A stretch of DNA of 64,000 nt from Eledone cirrhosa (lineage: Eukaryota), in assembly GCA_964016885.1 (NCBI GenBank), contig OZ024751.1:27528001-27592000 (forward strand), written 5' to 3'. Each line of letters starts with the position of its first letter. The first letter of the stretch is position 1. The translations under genes were made by a program, and so were the position numbers. Shown here in pieces: positions 1 through 12,800 of the stretch. The notes beneath the pieces were generated by a model. The model saw only the letters and a program-made list of their open reading frames with translations. It did no database searches and was not told the origin of the DNA.

Positions 1-185
1 AATCCAATTAGCCAGTCCTGTTTCTGACTATTAGCTTAACATGTGTGTAAAGTTTCATCATGATCGGATCACTGGTGTTGGCGCCAACTGGTTATACACA
101 GATATTGCCATTTATATAGTAGATAATATAAATACAATAATATAAAAGAGAGATGTTTGTTGGTTGGTTCCTTCGCACAAAAACA

Positions 186-370
186 TTAGTGGCTGGGGTA
201 GGGACCAGATTTTACTGGGTTTATTGTTGGAGAGAGGGGGTAGAATTAGTGGCTGGGGTAGGGACCAGATTTTACTGGGTTTATTGTTGGAGAGAGGGGG
301 TAGAATTAGTGGCTGGGGTAGGACCAGATTTTTCATGTGGCCTTGTCTTATTACCAGTTGTTGGAGAGAG
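186..370. repeat. 60-bp tandem repeat (~3 units)
   Basis: ttagtggctggggtagggaccagattttactggg... repeated. Confidence 0.85.
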
Positions 371-696
371 GCGGTACAATTTATATCTGGCTGTTCCTAT
401 TCTCAGGGTCACAAACCTGCATCCCAGTTATAACCCTAATAATAATTGTTTCTACTTTAGGCACAAGGCCAGCAAATACCCAGTACATTACTGGTACTTT
501 ATTTTATCGACCCCCATAAGGATGAAAGGCAAAGTTAAACTCAAAAGGATTTGAACTCAGACTGTAAAGGGACGTAACTATGCTAGAAAGCATGGCGTCC
601 AACCCTCTACCGATACTGCCAGAATTAACCAAGTTGTTATTGTTTTTTTACACAACTCCACTGTGATATTCTAATATTTCATTGAAATATTTTCAG

Positions 697-2763
697 ATGA
701 GTGAAAATGTAGCTGAGATCTTGACAACATCTAGCCAGCCTGCCTCAGGCCACCCAACTTCTGGCCAGTCTGCCTCAGGCCACCCAACTACTGACCAACC
801 TGCCTCAGAAGAACTAACTACTGACCAGCCTGCCTCAGGCCACCCAACTTCTGGCCAACCTGCCTCAGGCCACCCAACTTCTGGCCAACCTGCCTCAAGC
901 CACCCAACTACTGACCAAGCTGCCTCAGAAGAACTAACTACTGACCAGCCTGCCTCAGGCCACCCAACATCTAGCCAGCCTGCCTCAGGCCACCCAACTT
1001 CTGGCCAGCCTGCCTCAGGCCACCCAACTTTTGGCCAGCCTGCCTCAGGCCACCCAACTTCTGGCCAGCCTGCCTCAGGCCACCCAACTTCTGGCCAGCC
1101 TGCCTCAGGCCACCCAACTACTGACCAGCCTGCCTCAGGCCACCCAACTTCTGGCCAGCCTGCCTCAGGCCACCCAACTTCTGGCCAGCCTGCCTCAGGC
1201 CACCCAACTTCTGGCCAGCCTGCCTCAGGCCACCCAACTTCTAGCCAGCCTGCCTCAGGCCACCCAACTTCTAGCCAGCCTGCCTCAGGCCACCCAACTT
1301 CTGGCCAGCCTGCCTCAGGCCACCCAGCATCAAATCACCCTGTTTCAAGTCAACCAGTGTCTGACCACCCTGCTTCAAACTACCCGTCAGACAATGTAAG
1401 GTCAGAACACTCAGAAATTGATGAGAGACCACATATACCAGAGTTGTTATCTGATGACAGGGATGAATATGTATGTTGAATTCAAATTTCATTTTTATTT
1501 CTATCTCTTATTCTTTGCCCATTTATTCCTGAGTGGGTTTTGGGGGCAGACTCTTTAAACACTCCTTCCAGCGGGTCCTGTTAAAAGCATCCGTCTCCAA
1601 CTGATCTGGCTGAATCCCCATCTTTATTGGGGTCTAGCCCTTGGTCGGTTTTGCCCATAAAATCTCTCCAGCGATTCTTTTCTGAGACATTCTAACCACT
1701 TGCCCCTAGTATTGGAGCTGTGATCTCTCAATTCGAAGGAGCCTCATTTCAGCCACTTGTATTCGAGATTGTATCCTTTCGGTCATTACCCAAGATTCAT
1801 GACCATAGGGTTGACATGAGTACTAAGTTGAAGATAGTGAGTTTGGCTTTTGCACCTACTTCCTTTCTTCTGATTACTAAATGCTGAAGCTGGCGCATTA
1901 CTGCATCAGCTCCTGCAATTCTTCCTCTTAATTCAGCCTCCTGCCTTCCATCACTTGTGAATACAGCCCTGAGATACTTGAACTTCTCCACTTGCTTTAG
2001 TGGAACTCCATTCACATGTAGATTGCACTGCACAGGCTTCCTTGAGAGGACGAATGTCTCCGTTTTTGCTGCACTGATTTTCATTCCAGCCATGCAGCAC
2101 TCAGCATCAAACCTATTGAGTGCACCTTCTGTCGAGTTAAGTCGTCTGCTAACTGCAGCCAACTGATTTTACACCCACTTGTCATGATACCACTTCCAAC
2201 TCGGATGTGGATGGCAATCCTGTTTATCTCTTCTCTAACTAGATTTGTCAGCATGATTGACATGTGGTATAGTGTGGTTAAGGTGATTGACATGTGGTAT
2301 AGTATAGTTAAGGTGACTGACATGTGACAGGTACCAACAAGCTAATGTGATTAAGAAGTTCACTTTACAACTACATGACTTCAAGTTTACTGCGTGGTAC
2401 CTTGGACAAATGTTAGCTACTTTAACTTCAAGTTGACATACTTTGTAACTGAAATTTAGTAGACAGCAACCAACTGTGTTACCACCTAGAAAGATTTGCT
2501 ACTTATTTTATCAATCTCCATCAAACTGCTAAGTTACAGGACATAAAGAACACCAGTTTTTTAGGTGACTTCAGGAAAAGAAATCAAGAGAAGTGGACAC
2601 ATGTACATATATGTATGTAGGCTGTTGATGATTTCATCCAACCAATGGAAGCCCTTAGCAGCATCACCTCAAATTCCATTCTCCATCAAGTTTTACTTTT
2701 CTCAAATGCATCTGATGATTTAGACGTGTTTTCATCTTGAAACCTCTAGTATTGCAGTGTTGA

Positions 2764-2811
<48 letters not shown>

Positions 2812-4212
2812 GCAGTTTGCTTCAGCAGAGTTTCCATCTACCAACTTCCACTCACAAGTAATTGATTTACTCAAGATTATAGCAGAAGATAGTTGCCAAT
2901 TCTGCCACAAAAATAAAACCAAAGCTGAGACAACATTGTTACATAACTTAACCACACAGTATAGATACCTATTAACAATCTTCCCCAGATATTTCAAAAT
3001 TTAACCATTTTAATACGATAGCATGTGAAATTTCCCCTAATTCTACATTACAAAATTGTGTGTGATATGATGTTAGCAGGGTAAACAGACATTAAATGAT
3101 GATAATGATTTATCTAAAATTTGCCTTTCATCCTTACGGGGTCGATAAAATAAAGTACCAGTAAAGCACTGGAATAATTGCTGGCCTTGTGCCAAAAGAA
3201 GAAACAATTATCATTTTATAAGTTATGCTCCAAACACCAACTTAATAATGAGCAAGTTATATTATTAAATCCCTCGAAATACTTGATTGTTTTCAAAATT
3301 ATCAGCAGTGACTTTCAGAAATATGGTATCAAAACTTAATTATTTAAATAATTTTCATTGTACTAATTGCAACTTATCCTTTTTGATAGCAATCCAGCTG
3401 AAACTGATTCTGGTTCTATGAAACAAAGCCACCACTTTTAAAAGGCTCTTAAATCAAAGTTTTCCAGTGTAATTTTATATAAGAAACATGAAATAATGTT
3501 TTTAGTTAATCACTCAAAATCCTTCATTAATTAACTTTTTGTATTTCATTATAAATCTGGTGATGTAAGGGCAGCTAATGTTGTGTTATTTGTATTATTT
3601 ATTTAAGTCCAACTCTAGTGATGTCCAAGAAATACATGTTTCCTTTGGAAGAAGACCAAATCTACCATTTATATTAATTGATTCTGTGAGTAAACCAACA
3701 TTTCTCCATAGAAACATAATTTCATTTGTTCATTTCCAACTAATGCTTTTCAGCTTTAATTAGATCAACAATTTGGAGGTAAGGGACAAGTTAATTTTAC
3801 GAACCCCAGTGCATGACTGGTATTTGATTTTATCAACCCTGGAAGGATGAAAGGATAAGTTGACCTCATTAGGATTTGAACTTAGAATGTAAAGAGCCAG
3901 AACAAATTTGTCTGACACTTTAACCACTCTGCAAAGCCACTGACCTCTTTCTTGACTTTTTTTTTCAAAAATAATGAAATAGGATTTGTATCGTGTGTCC
4001 CCTGATTTTTAGACTAGATACACCACATGTGTGCCTCATGGGGATTTGTATCGTGTGTATCTCATGGCAGTCAGCAAAAGGGACAGGTATCAGGAAGGGC
4101 ATCCAGTCATAAGACATTACCTCATAATGTCAAAGTCCACACAGCCATGCCTGCACCTATAGAAACATATTTTCTCAATTTCCCCAATGTTTCATAAATT
4201 GACCAGATGTTA

Positions 4213-4267
<55 letters not shown>

Positions 4268-7200
4268 ATATGATATATATATATATATATGTTTATATAT
4301 ATGTGTGTGTGTGTGTATGATATATATATATATATATGTGTGTGTGTGCAGAAGGTTCAGTAAATCCGAAGGAAACTGGTGAGAATACCAAGACCAACAC
4401 TCGATGTAGAGCAGAGTGTATATAATAACAAAGTGGAGGTGTTACATAGGAGATTTATTGCTCAATCCTGGTTACAAATGTTTCTCAAGCAACTGGCTCG
4501 TGACCTGGGTTGGCACCCCAGACCAGACTCCAAGTCTGCTTGATCCTCAGACCAGTGTTAACACAATAAAAATCACATAAAATCTGTGGACAAACCAGCT
4601 AGACACAAACAAGCATATAGAATGACCAATCATGGACCTAGAATTCAACAGACACATATAACTTTAATATTAGAGTTCAATAAAGCAGACATAAAAATGA
4701 TGATAATAAACTAATGTGTATATTTTTCTGCAATTCTGCCAGTCTGAAGAAAGCACTGATTCCAATGATGTCAATGATGAGGTGCAGAGAGAACCCTCTC
4801 CTGGGGGGAGTGTTATCACAGCAGGAGGAAATGATGAAAACACTTCCAACAACAACAACCACGGTCCAACTGAAGAAACTCTACCGCCTCAAGCAAACAG
4901 TACACCCACTTCAGCTACTGATAATGTCTTTCAGACCCCTAAGAGGCGCCGAATTGATTCTCCAGCAAATCCAAATCCTCTCCAAGAAAGTAATTTGGAG
5001 GAAAACGACGAGGTAAGTTGAAAGAAGTACCATATATACTTGTGTACAAGACACATTCTTGGTTCATTATTTGACTCCCATATAAGGTATTGTAGGTCCA
5101 GTCATCATCATCATCATCATTTTTACATAGGTTGGACATGTCTTTCTCAGCGCGGTATCTCTCCACACGTTGCAATCATTTGTCATCTCCTCTGTGTGTC
5201 TCTGCCCAGGTCTTTCTTGGTCTACCTCTACCATGGCAACTTCCCACTGGGATTTCCTGGCACTTCATTGTCCATACATATCACATGTCCAAACTAATGC
5301 AGTCTTCTCTCCTGCACACCACCTCAGGTACCTCTTAAACCCAGCTTCTTCCTCATCTTGTCCAAACTCTGCCTTTCTCTCACACATTGCACATCCAATG
5401 GAACATGGTTACTTCATTTCTCTCCAGTCTACACATGTCCATTGTAGTCAGCCCATGTTTCACTACCATGTTGCACCACATGTTTCACTACCATGTTGCA
5501 CCACATGTTTCACTACCATGCAGCATCACACTTTGCACACAGGCATCATACAGCCTTCCTTTTGTAAGTAGGAAGAAACCTTTTGTTGTCAAAAGTGGGA
5601 GCAATTCTCTAAACTTCTTCCATCCTCTCCTTATTCTAGCTATTATATTCTCAGTATACTCTCCTCCGCTGCTAATTAGGTCACCTAGATAGCAGACGCC
5701 ACCCACATCTATGGGTTTTTCCTGTGATGAAAAGGTTTATATCATTAGCAGTCTTCCTCTTGATTACTCCTGTGTATCTTTTACATGCAAAGTTCTCCCC
5801 TCCTGTTAGTCTACTCCTTATCCCACTACATCTCTTGTGTACCCAAGATTTACATTGTGTACATTGTATGAATTTTATGCTTACTCCTTTTGTACTTATT
5901 GATCAGGGCTACTTCCCTAAAATAATCAGGGTCCTATCTTCTTTCCTGCTCACTAGCACTTTAGTTTTGGCTTAGCTTACTCTCAGACCCTTTGATTCCA
6001 AATTCTGTTTTCACACAGGGAACTTATTTTTTAGTTCTTTTATGAATTCAACAATAAGGACCAAATCATCTGCATAGAGAAGTTCCCATGGGCAGTTGTA
6101 AACTTCTCTGTTATGGCCTGGAGGACTAAGAACTGAATCTTGATGAACTCTTACCGGTACCTTGAATTACTCACTAAACTCATTTCCTACTCTCACTTTA
6201 CTGACAGCTGCTTTGTACATAGCTTGCACTGCTCTCACAAGCCATTCTTCTACACCTAGTTTCTTTAAAGACCACCAGATAATGGATTGAGGTACTTTGT
6301 CAAAGGCCTTTTCTAGATCCAGAAAAGCTAAATATAGTGACTTATTCTTGGCTAGGAACTTCTCATGTAGTTGCCTCACTAAAAGGAGGACATCTGTAGT
6401 ACTTTTCCCACGCATGAAACCAAACTGCATCTCATCTAATTTGACTCTTTCCCTAACCATGAAAAATTTTGGAAATGCTGCCATAATATGATAGGGGACC
6501 GCGAGGCATCCGGTAAATGGTAATGGGACCGCCGAGAAAAAAGTTTGGGAACCACTGATTTAGTGGGACCTGAGTATCTGTTACACTCCTATTTTACATA
6601 CAATATTCTTGGCTCAGATAAGGTTTTGTAGGTTCTATAGATGGGTCACACCTCATTTTACAGGTCCAGTAGATAAGCTCCACCCCCAATTTACATGTCC
6701 AATAGATAAGCCACACCTCCAATTTACAGGTTTAATAGATAAGCCACACCCCAATTTACTGGTTCAATAGATAAGCCCCACCCCAATTTACATGTCCAGT
6801 AGATTAGTCACACCCCCCAATTTACATGTCCAGTAGATAAGCCACATTTGACATGATTTGATGATATTGTTTTGTTGATTCCAATTTCTTGCAGAGCTGC
6901 TCAATTTGTTTCGAGCCGTGGACAACTTCAGGGAAACATCGACCAGCTTCTCTCAAATGTGGTCACCTGTTTGGTCAAAGGTAATTGCCTGTTTAATAGA
7001 AATGAAATGAAGGTGTATATGTAATATAAAGAAGGAATGTATATAATGAATATAGGGGTGTGTATATAATAGAAATAGTGTTAGTAGTACCATAGTAATT
7101 AGAGTCATGGCTGTGTGGTTGAAAGGTTCAGTACCACTGTGTGGGACATAGAATAAGTGGCATTTACTATAGTCTTAAGTTGCTTTCTGGTAGCCAGGGA

Positions 7201-9831
7201 AACTGCTAAAAAGATTTGCACGGGTCTCCTGACCTCCCAGACAGGCTGGGGCCTGCATCTCACATTCTACCAAGTGCATCGAAGTTATGTCTTTGACACA
7301 ACTGAAGGGTCCTCCCAACCCTTTGTTTGGCGAGCTTTCTATGGCTCGATGCCCTTCCTATCACCAACTGAGTATGTTTAGTGTGTTGATCACCAACACT
7401 AGGAAGGTCATCATGTCCTTGACATGACTAAAGGGGCTACTCCTTATTTGGCAAGCTTTCTAAGATACATAAATATATGTGTGTGCCAGTCATCACAAAT
7501 TTCATAACTAAAAACAAACCTGAAGCCTGTCTCAAACCTGGAGGCACATCAGGTTGGTGTTGGTGCCTTGTCCCAGTTTCTGTGACATGAAGTGACCGAG
7601 AGTGGAGGGGTCATCAGATTGGTGCCTTGTCCCATTTTCTGTTGCATGAAGTGACTGAGAGTACAAGTAGTTCAGCAAACATCAAAGATAGTTAAACTAA
7701 AGTACAGGTTGGTGTCAGGGAGAGCCTCTGACCCTTAGAAAACCTGCCTAAAAAGTCTCATCCTGCAAATCTCATAGAAAGAATGGTGATGATGGTGATT
7801 GATTGACAAACTTGTTAGTGCAGACAAGACATTAGAGACATTGACAAACTTGTGTGTCAGACAAGATAATAGAGAGGTTGACAAACTTGTTAGTGCCAGA
7901 CAAGACATTGGAGAGGTTGACAAACTTGTTAGTGCCAGACAAGACATTGGAGAGGTTGACAAACTTGTTAGTCTCAGACAAAATTTTTTGCAGCATTTAA
8001 TTATGGCTCTAAATTCTGGGTTCAAATCCTTTTGTTGATAAAATAAAACACCAATCATGTACTGGAGCCGATTTGACCAACTTTCCCTTTCCCCTTAATC
8101 TTCCTGATATCAAATGACCCCTGCTTCTATGATACTAAACTATTTACTTCTAAGTTTTTATATCCATCTAAAATCCTTTCATCAGAATTTTATACAAGAA
8201 CCGTTAAGTTATGTTCCAAACACCAGCTTAGTAATGAGAAAGTTTGTTATATTACTAAATCCAACCAAATTCTTGATCTTCTTCGCCCACTTATTCCTGA
8301 GAGGGTTGTCGGGGCCAGAGTCCTCAAACATTCCCTCAGGCGGATCCCCAGGTGAGACCAGCCAAGCTCATGGATGTTATCCAACCATCTACCCCTGGGT
8401 CTCCTGTCAGTTGGTTTGGCTCGTAAAATCTGTCCAGCGATTCTTTCCTAAGATATTCTAACCACATGTCCATAGTATTGGAACTGTGATCTCTCAATTC
8501 GTAACAACTCTACCTGGAGAGTCTCTCTGATATTTAAGATATGCACTTTATTGAGTAATGTTTCTCCAAAGATCCTCCAGGAGAACCCCATTTCAGCCGC
8601 TTGTATTCGCAATCGTATTCTTTTAGACATTATCAAGATTCATGACCATAGGTAAGGGTTGTCACAAAAACCGAATTGAAGATAGCGAGTTTGGCTTTTA
8701 CACCTACCTCCCTTCTTCTGATTACTGAATATTGAAGTTGGCGCATTACTGCACCAGCTCCTGCAATTCTTGCACTTAATTCTTGATTATTTTCAAAATC
8801 ATTTGGAACTCACATATATAAATGCAGTGCCTTTCATAATATATGATAATGAAAGAGTTAAATCTGCTGGCCTAGTGCCTAAAACTAGAAATTATTATTA
8901 TAATCATTATTAATATTTAATTTTCCTGAGGTCTACTTTGCCTTTCATCCTTCCAGAGTGAATAAAGTACCAGTTATGTATTGGGATCAATTTAATCAAC
9001 ATACCCTCCTTCATATTGCTGGCCTTGTTCCTAAATTATAATTCATTATTAACCCTTTTGAAGTGACTGCAGCATTAGGTGAAGTTATGACTGAGTTATT
9101 CTAATGGATAACTTGCTGCCACAGACCACATGACATGGAATGATTGGAAGGAATGGTGACCCCAATCTAAATGTGAATGGAGAGGCCTTATTAAATTATT
9201 GTTCTAGCAATGGATTCTCTATTATGAACTTCTTCCAAGACAGAGACATCCATAAATATACATGATGTCAGGAGAATCAGGGACAGACATCAATAAGAGA
9301 TTTTGTTATTGTCTCTGATCTCTTTGGTTCTGTGCTGAATAGAATACTTTAAAAGTGTTTCATTTGATGTTGAAAATAATCAAGAATTTGGAAGGTTTTA
9401 GTAAAATAACTGTTTCATTGATGTTTAAAACATAATAATTCTTGATAGAGTTATTCTCTTAGAGGGTCCAGATGGAGAGGGTTGCTTCTGGCCCTCTGGA
9501 AGGTGTGTCTCACCATTCTGACTCTACAATCTCCTCATCCCATCCATACAGGAATAAGTGGGTAAAGAACACAATAAAATTATGATAGAATGTTTTGATA
9601 TATATATGAAGGGTTTATGAGAGAAACAGATGTGGAGGCAAGTTACTATTAAAACTGGTTAATATTGTATTTCTTTATATTGTGTTAGCTGCATTGAAAG
9701 ATGGTTGAGAGGTGAAGGTCAGAAATGTCCACACTGTAACAGTAAAGCCAAAAGAACTGATATAAGGATCATATTTGCCAAAAGTATCCGGGTATGTACT
9801 TACTTTATTAAAGTAGAATTGTATGTCTATG

Positions 9832-9891
<60 letters not shown>

Positions 9892-12800
9892 GGCCATGTT
9901 CGATATGTAGAAAAGGAGTTGGTAAAAACTCTATAGAATGTACACAATGCAGATCTTGGGTACACAAGAGGTCTAGTGGGATAGCAGGCAAACTAACAGG
10001 AAAGGAAAACTTCATATGTAGTAGATGTTCAGGGAAATTTGATAGAAGTGTCAGTGTTAGGTACATTTTTCAAATGCAGGTGGGATCTATAGAGGTGGTT
10101 GATAGCTTCCGGTACCTAGGTGATCAGATTAGCAAGGGAGGAGGATGCTCCAATGCCATAGTATCTAGAATAAGGACAGGATGGAAGAAGTTTAGGGAGC
10201 TGCTTCCTCTGTTGACAACAAAAGGTTTCTCCCTATGAATGAAAGGTCGGTTGTATGATGACTGTGTGAGATATGGGCAGCAACTATAGAAGATATGCGA
10301 AGGCTGGAGAGAAATAAAGCAAGCCTGCTCCAATGTGCGTGAGTTGAGAGTGAAACTGTATATAAGAGGAATATACTATTGTGTGCAGGAGAGAAGACTG
10401 CGTTGGTACGGCCATGTCACGTGCATGGAAAATGACAGCTGGGTGAAGAAGTGCCAAGAAATCCCGGTGGAAGGAAGACGCAGTAGAGGAAGACCACGAA
10501 AAACATGAGCGGAGGTGGCGAGAGCTGACGTTTAATGTCCACTTTCCCTGCTAGCATGGGTTAAACAGGTGTTCAGGGACTAAAGTAAGGCTACTGATCT
10601 CCCAGATAGGTCAGGGGTCAGTATCTTGCTTACATGTATCTTCTTTATTATCGATCTCTGTTTACCAGCCACTGGACACATGTGAACGTGACAGAGCTTT
10701 ACAAGAACTGGCTCAAAGTAAGCAAAGGAATGGTGAGATCAAGATGGAAATGGCTGAACTTGGCTGCAAGTATCAAATGGAATGTTCCAAACTACGCACA
10801 GAACTTCAAGAGGCCAAAAACGAAATTAAATACCTCAGGTGACTTTCTTTCATTAATTATTCTGTAGAAACTATTTCTGATTATTTTGGCATGTGGCCTG
10901 GTGCTTAGGGTGGTGGACTCAATCGGAATCATAGGCTCATGTGTTTGGTTCCTTGATTGGGGAGTGTGTTGTGTTCTTGAATAAGATGCTTCTTTTTATA
11001 TTGCTTTTTCATATTGGGGTTGGGCCCCTATCATTAAAACACTTGAAAAACCACCTATGAGATGTAACCTTGTAAGAGGCCAGCATAGGTGGGCAGGTAC
11101 ACTGGTTTTCACCTGACTTCCATTTTTGGCTCTGGGACATTATTCTACCATTCCCTGACTTCTGCTGGCTAAACTTAGTGAAGGATAGGATGCTTGAAGT
11201 GGAGATGGGCACCACCAAGTCCTTCCAAGGTTCATTGAAATGCTATGATGAAACATCTATAGTGGCACTACTGCTGCAACAATAACTTCATTCATTAAGA
11301 TGGTATTGGAGGTGTGTGGCCTAGTGGTATGGGCATTGGACTTATAATCATAATGTCATGGGTTCAATTCCTAGACTGGGTTGAGAAAAACACATTGGTC
11401 CAGTATACTATGCTGGGGAGATGTCATGTTGAGAGAGGAGTCTTGTACTCACAGTCACTTCACGCCACAGAAACCGGGATCGGTCTGATGATAACCAGCT
11501 GGAGACGGACTTTAGATCTTTTGTGATTGTTCTTGATACAGTCAAACATCTACAGTGTCACCCTAGCAACTACAGTGTCATCCTAACAACTACAGTGTCA
11601 TCCTAACAACTACAGTGTCACCCTAATAACTACAGTGTCACCCTAATTACAGTGTCACCCTAATAACTACAGTGTCACCCTAGCAACTACAGTGTCACCC
11701 TAATAACTACAGTGTCACCCTAGCAACTACAGTGTCACCCTAACAACTACAGTGTCACCCTAATAACTACAGTGTCACCCTAGCAACTACAGTGTCACCC
11801 TAATTACAGTGTCACCCTAATAACTACAGTGTCACCCTAACAACTACAGTGTCACCCTAACAACTACAGTGTCATCCTAACAACTACAGTGTCACCCTAA
11901 TAACTACAGTGTCACCCTAGCAACTACAGTGTCACCCTAATTACAGTGTCACCCTAATAACTACAGTGTCACCCTAACAACTACAGTGTCACCCTAACAA
12001 CTACAGTGTCACCCTAACAACTACAGTGTCACCCTAATAACTACAGTGTCACCCTAACAACTACAGTGTCACCCTAACAACTACAGTGTCACCCTAATAA
12101 CTACAGTGTCACCCTAATAACTACAGTGTCACCCTAACAACTACAGTGTCACCCTAACAACTACAGTGTCACCCTAACAACTACAGTGTCACCCTAACAA
12201 CTACAGTGTCATCCTAACAACTACAGTGTCACCTAACAACTACAGTGTCACCTAACAACTACAGTGTCACCCTAACAACTACAGTGTCACCCCCTAACAA
12301 CTACAGTGTCATCCTAATAACTACAGTGTCATCCTAATAACTACAGTGTCACCCTAATTACAGTGTCACCCTAGCAACTACAGTGTCACCCTAACAACTA
12401 CAGTGTCACCCTAATAACTACAGTGTCACCCTAACAACTACAGTGTCACCCTAATAACTACAGTGTCACCCTAACAACTACAGTGTCATCCTAACAACTA
12501 CAGTGTCATCCTAACAACTACAGTGTCACCCTAACAACTACAGTGTCACCCTAATAACTACAGTGTCACCCTAACAACTACAGTGTCATCCTAACAACTA
12601 CAGTGTCACCCTAATAACTACAGTGTCACCCTAATAACTACAGTGTCACCCTAACAACTACAGTGTCACCCTAATAACTACAGTGTCACCCTAACAACTA
12701 CAGTGTCACCCTAATAACTACAGTGTCACCCTAACAACTACAGTGTCACCCTAACAACTACAGTGTCATCCTAACAACTACAGTGTCACCCTAACAACTA

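Noticed and set aside
11311-11385. tRNA gene
   Set aside because: A and B boxes are present but there is no acceptor stem, and it continues into a SINE body.
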